NCBI GenBank assembly: GCA_963776345.1
Contig: CAVZMH010000002.1
Coordinates: forward strand, 32,001-96,000
Direction of reading: 5' to 3'
DNA: 64,000 nucleotides
Origin: an uncultured delta proteobacterium
GTDB lineage: Bacteria > Myxococcota > Myxococcia > Myxococcales > Myxococcaceae
Part shown: positions 39,401 through 48,049 of the stretch, one piece after another
Numbering within the stretch: position 1 is the stretch's first letter
How the letters are laid out: each line of letters starts with the position of its first letter
Notes under the pieces: model-generated
What the model was told of the DNA's origin: nothing
Database searches by the model: none
Seen by the model: the letters and a program-made list of their open reading frames with translations, nothing else
Position numbers and translations under genes: made by a program

Positions 39401-39547
39401 CGGACAGGTGCTGCGCGTCTCGGTGGTCCGGGAGATCTTCAGCTCGCGCATCTCCGCGCGCGCCTCGGAAAGATCGAAGAACCCCAGCCCCAGCGCTCCA
39501 CCGGCAGCGGCCGTCCCCTTGAGGAACGTGCGGCGGTCCACGTGCAT
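36431..39547 (-). CDS. fdnG: Formate dehydrogenase-N/O alpha subunit, selenocysteine-containing, Tat-exported
   Basis: Tat signal DRRTFLK, CPYCSVSC..C, and QARV-U-HGPTVASL with TGA at 38968-38966 joining the two track ORFs into 1038 aa; ALRGHSNIQG. Confidence 0.96.
38936..38954 (-). promoter_or_regulatory. SECIS hairpin of fdnG
   Basis: GGTGGCCA [GTT] TGGCCGCC begins 11 nt after the UGA, the spacing of the E. coli fdh SECIS. Confidence 0.85.
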
Positions 39548-39583
39548 GGAACCCCTCCAGCGCAATGAATCCGCGACGGGTGC

Positions 39584-39612
39584 ACGCTGAACCCGCTGCA
39601 CTCGGGTGTCAA
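39584..39612 (-). promoter_or_regulatory. Candidate sigma70 promoter of the fdn operon
   Basis: TTGACA (39612-39607), 17-nt spacer, CAGCGT (39589-39584); GGAGG RBS downstream. Confidence 0.5.
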
Positions 39613-39752
39613 GAAGCTCCGGAGTCGTAACGCCAGGCGTCATTCGACTCTGGGCGCGAGCGGCAACGGATGCCGTGCGCGGTGTCCGCGATGGCTCGAC
39701 CACGGGCCGCGGAGGGAGTCCATCGTCGAACAGCCGAGCGACGGCGCCGACG

Positions 39753-39853
39753 GTCACGAGGTGCGTCACGAGGATGTCACGAGGCGCTGGTCACGAAGTG
39801 TCTGGCACCTCGCTAGTCACGAGGTGTGGGGCACCTCGCCGGGGCACCTCGCC
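39753..39853. repeat. Degenerate REP-like palindrome cluster
   Basis: GTCACGA(G/A) at 39753, 39765, 39776, 39790 and 39816; GAAGTGTCTGGCACCTC at 39795-39811; GAGGTGTGGGGCACCTC at 39821-39837. Confidence 0.75.
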
Positions 39854-39959
39854 GGGAGCCTCCGCGGGTCGAGACGCGCTCGCGAGCCGCTCAGGCGGCG
39901 AGTCCACCGGACTCGACCACGAGCCGCGAGCCACGGGCCCACGGCCCGGCCGGTCTCGC

Positions 39960-40140
39960 GTCGCAGCGCGGCCGGGGAGAGCCAGCTCCGCCGGAGCGAG
40001 TCGGAGAGCCCATCGCTCAGGACCACGAGGCCGAAGATCACGAGCACCATCGTGCAGACCTGGTCGTGGAAGCCGAGCTGGATCGCGTTGTACAGCTTGA
40101 GCCCGAGCCCGCCGCCGCCGAGGCACCCGACCAGCTGGCG
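39960..40140 (-). pseudogene. C-terminal fragment of a PhnE/PtxC-like phosphonate ABC permease
   Basis: LVGCLGGGGLGLKLYNAIQLGFHDQVCTMVLVIFGLVVLSDGLSDSLRR resembles PhnE C-termini. No N-terminal part and no partner genes are present. Boundaries are approximate. Confidence 0.6.
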
Positions 40141-40271
40141 CGCCACCGGCGCCCGCTGGAACTTTCCGCAGCGGACGGTGCGCGGCGTCGAGCACACCCC
40201 TTTCCTCTGGAACCCACATCGCCCGGCGCGCGAAAGGAGTCCCCAGGGCCGGTCACAGCGGGAGGCAACAC

Positions 40272-40910
40272 GTGCGAAGAGTCGTCTTCGGGATGACGCT
40301 GGTGGCGGGGCTGGTGGCGGGGGAGGCGCGGGCACAGTCCTGGTCCGCGATGTCCGGGCAGACGCTGGGAACCGGCGCGGGGATGGTCTGGGGCCAGTTC
40401 GGCTGGCCGGGCATCTCCGCCGACCTGGCCTACGGCGTGAGCCCCACGGTCGATCTCGGCGGTCGCTTCACCTTCAACTACGGCGAGGAGGGAATCACCG
40501 ACACCGGCGTGCTGGGGCTGAAGTTCCAGTTCACGCTCCGGGCGCAGCTGGTCAGGAAGCCCAAGTTCGACCTGGCGCTCCGCTTCGACCCGGGGCTGCT
40601 GCTCTACTTCCCCAACAGCACCACGGTCACCGGGATGACCTTCCCGGTGGGGCTCGAGTTCGGCTTCCCCATCACCCCGGTGTTCCGGGCGATGGGCAGC
40701 TTCGACCTGCCGTTCTGGATCACCTTCAGCCCCTCACCCGTCGAGGGCTGGATCCCCATCCTCTTCGGCGGCGGGGTGGAGTACCTCGTCCAGCGGGATC
40801 TCGCGCTCACCGCGCGCATCAAGATGGGGCCCACCATCGGGACCGCGGACCGGACCCGGAACGCCTTCTTCACCCTCTACTTCCTGTTCGGGGTGGCCTA
40901 CCGCTTCTGA
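40272..40910 (+). CDS. Outer-membrane beta-barrel-like secreted protein
   Basis: GGAGG RBS, signal peptide ARA|Q, amphipathic strands, terminal YRF. Confidence 0.75.
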   Translation: MRRVVFGMTLVAGLVAGEARAQSWSAMSGQTLGTGAGMVWGQFGWPGISADLAYGVSPTVDLGGRFTFNYGEEGITDTGVLGLKFQFTLRAQLVRKPKFDLALRFDPGLLLYFPNSTTVTGMTFPVGLEFGFPITPVFRAMGSFDLPFWITFSPSPVEGWIPILFGGGVEYLVQRDLALTARIKMGPTIGTADRTRNAFFTLYFLFGVAYRF

Positions 40911-41554
40911 GCGTCTGCCGGCTGCGTCTGGACCTGCCTGGCGACGGCGTAGGCACGCTCCACCGCGGGGCGCTGGGCGATGGTGGCGAACCAGCGCTTG
41001 AGGTTCGGGAAGTCGTCCAGCCTCATCTGCTGCTTCTCGTGGGGAACCACCCACGGGTAGCAGGCGATGTCGGCGATGGAGTAGTCGGCCGCGAGGTACG
41101 GCCGGTCCGCGAGCCGGGTGTCCATCACCCGGTACAGGCGCGCGGTCTCCTTCACGTACCGCTCGATGGCGTAGGGAATCTTCTCCGGCGCGTACTGCAC
41201 GAAGTGGTGGTTCTGCCCGGCCATGGGCCCGAGCCCGCCCACCTGCCAGAACAGCCACTGCATCACCTCGGTCTTGCCGCGCGCGTCGCCCGGCAGCAGC
41301 CGGCCGGTCTTCTCGGCGAGGTAGGTGAGGATCGCCCCCGACTCGAAGATGGACAGTGGCCCGCCACGGTCCGCCGGCGCGTCGTCGACGATGGCCGGGA
41401 TGCGATTGTTCGGCGAGATGCGGAGGAACGCCGGGTCGAACTGCTCGCCCTTGCCGATGTTCACCGGCTTCAACCGGTACGGCAGCCCGAGCTCCTCGAG
41501 GGCGATGGTGATCTTGTGCCCGTTCGGCGTGGCCCAGTAGTAGAGGTCGATCAC
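40898..41554 (-). CDS. Glutathione S-transferase, YfcG-like (Nu class)
   Basis: TPNGHK, SPNNRIPAI, FESGAIL, QWLFWQ.GGLGPM and YSIADIA motifs. Confidence 0.93.
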   Translation of the reverse strand: MIDLYYWATPNGHKITIALEELGLPYRLKPVNIGKGEQFDPAFLRISPNNRIPAIVDDAPADRGGPLSIFESGAILTYLAEKTGRLLPGDARGKTEVMQWLFWQVGGLGPMAGQNHHFVQYAPEKIPYAIERYVKETARLYRVMDTRLADRPYLAADYSIADIACYPWVVPHEKQQMRLDDFPNLKRWFATIAQRPAVERAYAVARQVQTQPADAQKR

Positions 41555-41778
41555 GTGGCACGGCCCTCCAGCTGCTGTGGCTAGCGAGCCCGCCGAGACG
41601 CGCGCAACGAAATCAGCCCCGCACCGTCTCCCGGACGCCGAGCAGCGCGCGGCAGCGCAGCACCCAGGGGGACTGGCCCTCGACGTCCTGCGGCGAGCGC
41701 GGGGCACACGATGCGATCCGGTTGGACTTGACGACGACCGGCCGGCAGCGCAGCGATCTCCTGAGCGGAGGGCACCGG

Positions 41779-43044
41779 ATGGACGCGCGCGCGGTGGTGG
41801 AGGCCGTGATGTCGGGGAAGGACCGGCCCTTCGGGGTGCGGCTCTGGGACGGCACGCTGGTTCCGCCCGAGCCCGAGCCCGGCATGCCGGTCCTGGTGGT
41901 GACGCACGAGCGCGGCGCCGGCGCCTTCGGCATCCCTCCCTCCGAGGAGCGGCTGGCGGAGGCGTACCTCGCCGGTGACGTCGAGCTCGAGGGAGACCTG
42001 GTCGACTTCCTCCAGCGGGCCTCGAGCTGGTCCGGACCCGAGTCGCTTCCCGCCGCCGCGGTCGCCGCGGGGCTGATGGCCGAGGTCGGGGCGCGCGCGG
42101 GCGAGCTCCTGCGCTCTGCCGCCCGCCACACCCTGGCCCGGGACGAGGGTGCCATCCGGCACCACTACGACGTGGGCAACGACTTCTACAGCCTCTTCCT
42201 CGACGAGCAGCTGGTCTACTCCTGCGCCTACTGGACGCAGGGAGCGGACCGGCTCGAGCTCGCCCAGGTCGCCAAGCTCGAGCTCATCTGCCGCAAGCTC
42301 GGGCTTCGCCCCGGCCAGCGCTTCCTCGACGTCGGCTGCGGCTGGGGCGCGCTCATCGCCCACGCCGCCAGGGGCCACGGCGTTCGCGCCACGGGCATCA
42401 GCCTCAGCGACGCCCAGCTCGAGCTCGCGCGCGAGCGAATGAGGGCCGTGCTCCCCGCCGACGCCGTCCCCGACGTGCGGCACCAGGACTACCGGCAGCT
42501 CCCGCCCGACGAGCGCTGGGACGCCATGGCCTCGGTGGGCATGATGGAGCACGTCGGGCGCGAGCACCTGGAACGCTACTTCTCCAGCCTCGCCCGCCAC
42601 CTGGCTCCCGGCGGGCTCCTGCTGAACCACGCCATCGCCGATAACGGCGACGGGCGGCGCACCATCCCCTGGCTGCAGCGCATCCACGGCGGCTTCATCC
42701 AGCAGGAGATCTTCCCCGACAGCGACCTGCCGCCGCTGGACCTGGTCGTCTCCGCCGCGCAGCGCGCCGGGCTGGAGGTGCTGGACGTCGAGACGCTCCG
42801 CCCGCACTACGTCCGCACCCTCGTCGAGTGGCTCGGCCGGCTCGAGCGGCGCTTCACCGAGGCGGTACAGCTCGCGGGCAAGCGCCGGGCCCGGGCCTGG
42901 CGGCTCTACCTGGCCTCGTGCGCGGTCACCTTCCAGACCGGGCGCATCACCGTGGCCCAGGTGCTGCTCCGGAAGCGGGACGGCGGCGAGCTGCGGCCCA
43001 TCGACCGGCTCGGCTGGTACCGCGAGCTGGTGCCGCGGACCTGA
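41779..43044 (+). CDS. cfa: Cyclopropane-fatty-acyl-phospholipid synthase family methyltransferase
   Basis: HHYDVGNDFY, YSCAYW, LDVGCGWG, SVGMMEHVG and IFP motifs. Confidence 0.9.
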   Translation: MDARAVVEAVMSGKDRPFGVRLWDGTLVPPEPEPGMPVLVVTHERGAGAFGIPPSEERLAEAYLAGDVELEGDLVDFLQRASSWSGPESLPAAAVAAGLMAEVGARAGELLRSAARHTLARDEGAIRHHYDVGNDFYSLFLDEQLVYSCAYWTQGADRLELAQVAKLELICRKLGLRPGQRFLDVGCGWGALIAHAARGHGVRATGISLSDAQLELARERMRAVLPADAVPDVRHQDYRQLPPDERWDAMASVGMMEHVGREHLERYFSSLARHLAPGGLLLNHAIADNGDGRRTIPWLQRIHGGFIQQEIFPDSDLPPLDLVVSAAQRAGLEVLDVETLRPHYVRTLVEWLGRLERRFTEAVQLAGKRRARAWRLYLASCAVTFQTGRITVAQVLLRKRDGGELRPIDRLGWYRELVPRT

Positions 43045-43075
43045 GCCGCAGACCGGCCTCGGCGCGCCGGGGTCG

Positions 43076-43291
43076 TCAGCCGCCCGCGCTGGCGCCGAAC
43101 GGGTCCGGCATCAGGAGGTCCCAGCGCTCGAAGTCGCCGAGCCGCTCGCCGGGGCGAATCTCGCGGAAGACGCCCACGTCGCGGCGCACCTGGTAGACGG
43201 TCCCGTCCGCGGCCCGGAGCACCTCTACCGGCTGTCCGGACAGCTCGATCCGCCCCACGACCTGCATCACTCCGAGCTCGCTCCACCGCAT
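43076..43291 (-). CDS. Small hypothetical protein
   Basis: AGGAG RBS; 71 aa (MRWSELGVMQVVGRIE...). Confidence 0.55.
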   Translation of the reverse strand: MRWSELGVMQVVGRIELSGQPVEVLRAADGTVYQVRRDVGVFREIRPGERLGDFERWDLLMPDPFGASAGG

Positions 43292-43443
43292 CACGACAAC
43301 TCCTGGACACCGAGGATGCGCCCTCGTTGCACCCGCCGCAAGCCGCCGGGGCGCCACGCCGAACGAGCGGGCGAGCGCTGCCGCGTCGTGGTCCGGTGGC
43401 GCGAACCCGCGTTCTCGCGGTAGAGACGGCGGCTTCGGGACGC

Positions 43444-44589
43444 GTGTCGCTGCCGACCCTCGCACTGCTGTCGCTGCTGACCGCCTCCCCGCCCGCTCCG
43501 GGGCTGGAGACCGTGGCGGAGCTTCCCGAGCGCCCGGGCGCCATCGCGGTCGTCGGCGCGCGGGTCTTCGTCGCGCTCCATCCGCTCGGGCATCCGGAGA
43601 CCAAGCTCGTCGAGCTGGTCCCCGGCGGGCGCCGGGAGCCCTACCCCAGCGGCGTCCTCAGCCGCGCCTTCGCCGCGGTCACCGCGCTGGCCTCGGACGG
43701 AGCGGGCGGGCTGTGGATCCTCGACGGCGGCGGGGAGGGACGGCCGCCGCGGCTCACCGGCTGGAACACCACCGACGAGCGGCGCCTCCGGGCGCTCCGC
43801 ATCCCCGCCTCCGCCCTCGGCGCCAACTCCTGGCTGTGCGCGCTGGCGGTGGACCGCGGGCACCGGGTCGCCTACGTCGCCGACCGCTCGCGCGCCGACT
43901 GGACCGGCGACTCGCACCCCGCGGTGCTCGTCGTCTCGCTGGAGACCGGCGAGACCCGGCGGCTCCTCGAGGACCACCCGGGGCTCGAGCCCGACGCGGT
44001 GCCGGTCACGGTGGACCGCCGCCCGCTGGCGCACCGTGAGCTGGACGGGACGGTGGAACGGCTCCGGCTCGGGGTGAGCCAGCTCTCGCTCGATCCGTCC
44101 GGCACCTGGCTCTACCTCGCCGCGCTCAACGGGGGCTCGGTGTGGCGGGTGCGCACCGCGGACCTGGTGGACGCCAGGCTCGAGCCTGCCGAGCTCGCCA
44201 CCCGCGTCGAGTCCCACGCCGAGCGTCCCCCGGGGAACGGCCTGGTCGCGAGCGACGACGGGCGGGTGGTGGTCACCGACGTCGAGGGGCACGCCCTCCG
44301 GATCACCGCGCCGTCCGGGCAGGTCGTCCTGGTGGAGGACGCGCGGCTCCAGTGGCCCGACGGGCTCGCCCGCGGCCCGGACGACTGGATCCACCTCACC
44401 GTCAACCAGCTCAACCTCCACCCCGCGCTCGACCGCGGGGAGGAGGAGAGCCGGCCGCCGTACCTGGTCCTCCGGGTGAGGGCGCCCGGCGGGCTCCCTC
44501 TCCGCGGCTCCCGGCCGGCGCCGCCTCCCGTCGAGAGCCGGACGGACCCGGAGGTCGAGTCACGGACTGGCGGGGGTCGCGGACAGTGA
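43444..44589 (+). CDS. Yellow/major royal jelly (L-dopachrome tautomerase-related) beta-propeller protein
   Basis: LWILDG, AYVAD, AVLVVSLETGETRRLL and LQWPDGL..TVNQL motifs; signal peptide. Confidence 0.8.
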   Translation: MSLPTLALLSLLTASPPAPGLETVAELPERPGAIAVVGARVFVALHPLGHPETKLVELVPGGRREPYPSGVLSRAFAAVTALASDGAGGLWILDGGGEGRPPRLTGWNTTDERRLRALRIPASALGANSWLCALAVDRGHRVAYVADRSRADWTGDSHPAVLVVSLETGETRRLLEDHPGLEPDAVPVTVDRRPLAHRELDGTVERLRLGVSQLSLDPSGTWLYLAALNGGSVWRVRTADLVDARLEPAELATRVESHAERPPGNGLVASDDGRVVVTDVEGHALRITAPSGQVVLVEDARLQWPDGLARGPDDWIHLTVNQLNLHPALDRGEEESRPPYLVLRVRAPGGLPLRGSRPAPPPVESRTDPEVESRTGGGRGQ

Positions 44590-44777
44590 CGCGGCCGATG
44601 CCGCGCCAGACGCTGCTCGCCTGGTGGTACGACGGCTTGGCCGGTCTCTGACGCACCGGCCCGGGACGGCACTCGTGCTGGACGCGCGGGCGGCGGAGCG
44701 GGTTGATCGCCCGGCGTCCTGGAGACATGGTGGTCGCACCGCTACGCTCCGCCGCTCCGAGGGAGGAGACCCCGATC

Positions 44778-44999
44778 ATGCCCATCATCCAGTGCGACAT
44801 CCGCGAAGGACGCACGCCCGAGCAGAAGCGGGCGCTGGCCGAGGCGATCACCCGCGTGGTGCACGAGACCATCGACGCGCCCATCGAGTACATCTACGTG
44901 CTGATCCGCGAGACACCCGGCTCGCACCACGTGAAGGCCGGCAAGCCGTTGCCGGACTGGTCACCGGGGTCGAAGGGGGACCCCGGCCATGCGCGCTGA
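44778..44999 (+). CDS. 4-oxalocrotonate tautomerase family protein
   Basis: Catalytic Pro1 (MPII), [18 protein letters not shown]. Confidence 0.92.
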   Translation: MPIIQCDIREGRTPEQKRALAEAITRVVHETIDAPIEYIYVLIRETPGSHHVKAGKPLPDWSPGSKGDPGHAR

Positions 45000-46527
45000 G
45001 TCCCCCCGCACCGGCGCCGGCCCCGCGCGGCTCTGGCACTGGATCGGCGGGCGCGCGGTCCCTGGCGAGGGCAACCGCCTGGGCGACGTCTTCGACCCCT
45101 CCACCGGGGAGCGGACCCGTCAGGTCCCGCTCGGGAGCGCGGCCGAGGTGGACGCCGCGGTCCGCGCAGCCGCGGCGGCGTTCCCCACCTGGTCCCGCAC
45201 GCCCCCGGTGGTGCGCGCCCGGGTGCTCTTCCGGTTCCGCGAGCTGGCGGAGGCCCGGGCCGACGAGCTCGCCCGGCTCATCACCTCGGAGCACGGGAAG
45301 ATCGTCTCCGACGCCCGGGGCGAGCTGGCCCGCGGCATGGAGGTGGTGGAGTTCGCCTGCGGCATCCCCCAGCTGCTCAAGGGCGAGATGACCGAGCAGA
45401 TCGGCCGGAGCATCGACTCGTGGTCGGTACGCCAGCCGCTCGGGGTGGTGGCGGGCATCACCCCCTTCAACTTCCCGATGATGGTCCCGATGTGGATGTG
45501 GCCGGTGGCGCTGGCCTGCGGCAACACCTTCGTCCTCAAGCCGTCCGAGCGCGACCCCTCGCCGAGCCTGGAGGTGGCCCGGCTGCTCGCCGAGGCCGGG
45601 TGCCCCGAGGGCGTGTTCAACGTGGTGAACGGCGATCGCGAGGCGGTGGACGCGCTGCTCCGCCACCCGGAGGTGGCCGGGGTGAGCTTCGTCGGCTCCA
45701 CCCCGGTGGCCGAGGCGGTGCACCGGACCGGCACCACGGCCGGGAAGCGGGTCCAGGCGCTGGGCGGGGCGAAGAACCACCTGGTGGTCATGCCCGACGC
45801 CGACCTCGACCTCACCACCGACGCGCTCATCGGCTCGGCCTACGGCTCGGCCGGCGAGCGGTGCATGGCCATCTCGGTGGCGGTGGCGGTGGGCGACGTG
45901 GCGGGACCGCTGGTGGAGCGGCTCGCCCCGCGGGTGCGCGCGCTGCGGGTGGGCCCCGGGACGGACGCCTCGGTGGAGATGGGCCCGCTCGTCACCCGCG
46001 AGCACCTGGACCGGGTGCGCTCCTATCTCGACACCGGGCTGGCCGAGGGCGCCACCCTGGTGGTCGATGGACGCGGGACACGGGTCGCCGGACGCGAGCA
46101 GGGCTTCTACCTCGGTGGATGCCTCTTCGACGGGGTCCGGCCCGGGATGCGGATCTACAAGGAGGAGATCTTCGGCCCGGTGCTCGCGGTCGTCCGGGTG
46201 CGCACCCTCGACGAGGCGCTGGAGCTGGTGGACGCCCACGCCTACGGGAACGGGACGGCCATCTTCACCCGCTCCGGCGCGGCGGGGCGCGAGTTCTCCA
46301 GCCGCGTCCAGTGCGGGATGGTGGGGATCAACGTTCCCATCCCGGTGCCGATGGCCTTCCACAGCTTCGGGGGATGGAAGCGCTCCCTCTTCGGCGACCA
46401 CGCCATTCACGGCCCGGAGGGCGTCCGGTTCTACACCCGCCTGAAGACCGTGACAGCCCGGTGGCCGGAGACGGCGGTCGGGGCGGAGTTCGCGATGCCC
46501 AGCAGCCGGAACCCCGGGAATCACTAG
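44989..46527 (+). CDS. mmsA: CoA-acylating methylmalonate-semialdehyde dehydrogenase
   Basis: [38 protein letters not shown] and NVPIPVP motifs. Confidence 0.95.
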   Translation: MRAESPRTGAGPARLWHWIGGRAVPGEGNRLGDVFDPSTGERTRQVPLGSAAEVDAAVRAAAAAFPTWSRTPPVVRARVLFRFRELAEARADELARLITSEHGKIVSDARGELARGMEVVEFACGIPQLLKGEMTEQIGRSIDSWSVRQPLGVVAGITPFNFPMMVPMWMWPVALACGNTFVLKPSERDPSPSLEVARLLAEAGCPEGVFNVVNGDREAVDALLRHPEVAGVSFVGSTPVAEAVHRTGTTAGKRVQALGGAKNHLVVMPDADLDLTTDALIGSAYGSAGERCMAISVAVAVGDVAGPLVERLAPRVRALRVGPGTDASVEMGPLVTREHLDRVRSYLDTGLAEGATLVVDGRGTRVAGREQGFYLGGCLFDGVRPGMRIYKEEIFGPVLAVVRVRTLDEALELVDAHAYGNGTAIFTRSGAAGREFSSRVQCGMVGINVPIPVPMAFHSFGGWKRSLFGDHAIHGPEGVRFYTRLKTVTARWPETAVGAEFAMPSSRNPGNH

Positions 46528-46528
46528 G

Positions 46529-46545
46529 CCCCCCGCAACGGGGGG
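46529..46545 (+). terminator. GC hairpin immediately after mmsA (possible terminator)
   Basis: CCCCCCG [CAA] CGGGGGG; the U-tract is poor. Confidence 0.4.
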
Positions 46546-46605
46546 GGTTGCCCCGTGTCTTCCGGGCATGGTGGCCACTCTCTGGCTGACCCACAGGAGA
46601 ACGGA

Positions 46606-46779
46606 ATGAAGATCAAGAAGCTCTTTCAGGTGCTGGTGCTCGGCGGGACGACGCTCGGGCTCGGCGTCGTCGCGTGCGGTGGTGACAACGGGACCGGCAA
46701 CAACGGCGGGCAGCAGCAGACCCTGCCGGACGGTGGCACTCCCAACCCCGGAGGCGGCGGAGGGCCGCCGGGTTGGTAG
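46606..46779 (+). CDS. 57-aa lipopeptide with a Gly/Pro-rich tail ending in GW
   Basis: AGGAG RBS at 46595; MKIKKLFQVLVLGGTTLGLGVVAC|GGDNGTGNNGGQQQTLPDGGTPNPGGGGGPPGW. Confidence 0.8.
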   Translation: MKIKKLFQVLVLGGTTLGLGVVACGGDNGTGNNGGQQQTLPDGGTPNPGGGGGPPGW

Positions 46780-47501
46780 ACGCCGCTCGCCAGCACGTCG
46801 ATCGGGTCTGGGCGGGGCGCCACGGGGTCGAGACCGGCGCCGCGCTGCGGTTCGGCTCGCTCTCCCGCCGGATGTGGGAGGCGGGCGCGCCCGAGGCCCT
46901 GATCGAGCTGGCGGCGCGGGCCTCGCGGGACGAGACACGGCACGCCTTCCGCTGCGAGGAGATCCTCCGCGCGCGGCATGCGGCCGTGCCTCCCCCCGAG
47001 ACCCGGTTGCTGGAGTACGCCCCCCTGGAGCTCACCCCGGCGGAGCGCCTGACGTACGAGGTGGTGGCCCAGTCCTGCGTGTCGGAGACCGAGAGCATGG
47101 CCACCCTGGTCACCTTGCTGGACGAGGCCCGCGACGAGCAGCTGAAGTCGGTCATCCACGAGCTCGCCCGCGACGAGGTGAACCACGCGCGGATCGGCTG
47201 GGGCTACCTGGCCTGGGCGCGGCAGCGCATGGAGCTCGGCTTCCTCGCCCCGCTCCTGCCGGGCATGGCGGCGGGGAGCGCGGGCCCGGATCTGTTCCGT
47301 CCCGCCCTGCCGGGGACGGATGATCCGGCCTTGCTGGGCTCCGGCGTCGTGCCGCACTCCGAGCGGCAGCGCATCTACCTCGAGACGCTCGAGTCGGTCG
47401 TCATCCCGGGCATGGCCGAGCACGGGGTGGAGACCGGTCCGCTCCGCGCCTGGGTCGACCGGCAGCGCGCGGCGTGCCGGCCGGCGCCCCTCGGGGCCTG
47501 A
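46773..47501 (+). CDS. Ferritin-like diiron-carboxylate protein
   Basis: Ligand pattern E / DETRH / E / DEVNH. The TTG start overlaps the end of the peptide gene. Confidence 0.85.
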   Translation: MVDAARQHVDRVWAGRHGVETGAALRFGSLSRRMWEAGAPEALIELAARASRDETRHAFRCEEILRARHAAVPPPETRLLEYAPLELTPAERLTYEVVAQSCVSETESMATLVTLLDEARDEQLKSVIHELARDEVNHARIGWGYLAWARQRMELGFLAPLLPGMAAGSAGPDLFRPALPGTDDPALLGSGVVPHSERQRIYLETLESVVIPGMAEHGVETGPLRAWVDRQRAACRPAPLGA

Positions 47502-47512
47502 AGGGCCAGCGA

Positions 47513-48049
47513 ATGCCCCGACGCGCTCCCGCCCTCGCGCTGCTGCTCGCGCTGCCCCTGCTCGCGGCCGCCACGCAGGTCACCGGCGAGCCCACCGCGG
47601 GGTTCCACGGGCGCGGCCCCGGTGGATTCAGCCTGGAGGGGAAGACCCACCAGCTGCGCGTCGAGGACGACGGCACCCTCCTCCGGATCGTCGTCCCGCT
47701 CGCCGGCCTGCAGACCGGGATCGCGCTGCGCGACCGGCACATGCGCGAGCGCTACCTCGAGGTGGAGAAGTACCCCGATGCGGTGCTGGAGCTTCCCTGG
47801 TCGGCGGTGAAGCTCCCCGAGGACGGACAGACCGCCGAGGGAACGGCCGCGGGGAAGATGACGCTGCACGGGAAGAGCCACGAGGTGCAGGTGAAGTACC
47901 GCCTCTCGCGCAGCGGGAACCGCTACCAGGTCAGCGGGACCCTGCCCCTGAACATCACCCACTACGGGATCGACGTGCCGAGCTACTTCGGGATCACGGT
48001 GCAGCCGGACGTCGAGGCCAGCGCCACCTTCACCGCGGAGCGGGCTTGA
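47513..48049 (+). CDS. YceI family protein
   Basis: Signal peptide; TGIALRDRHMR..LEVEKYP, GKMTLHG and YGI motifs. Confidence 0.9.
   Translation: MPRRAPALALLLALPLLAAATQVTGEPTAGFHGRGPGGFSLEGKTHQLRVEDDGTLLRIVVPLAGLQTGIALRDRHMRERYLEVEKYPDAVLELPWSAVKLPEDGQTAEGTAAGKMTLHGKSHEVQVKYRLSRSGNRYQVSGTLPLNITHYGIDVPSYFGITVQPDVEASATFTAERA

Noticed and set aside
38966..39769. Separate small formate dehydrogenase subunit or fdnG pseudogene
   Set aside because: It is in frame with the downstream ORF through a Sec UGA with a SECIS. The true start is ATG 39547.
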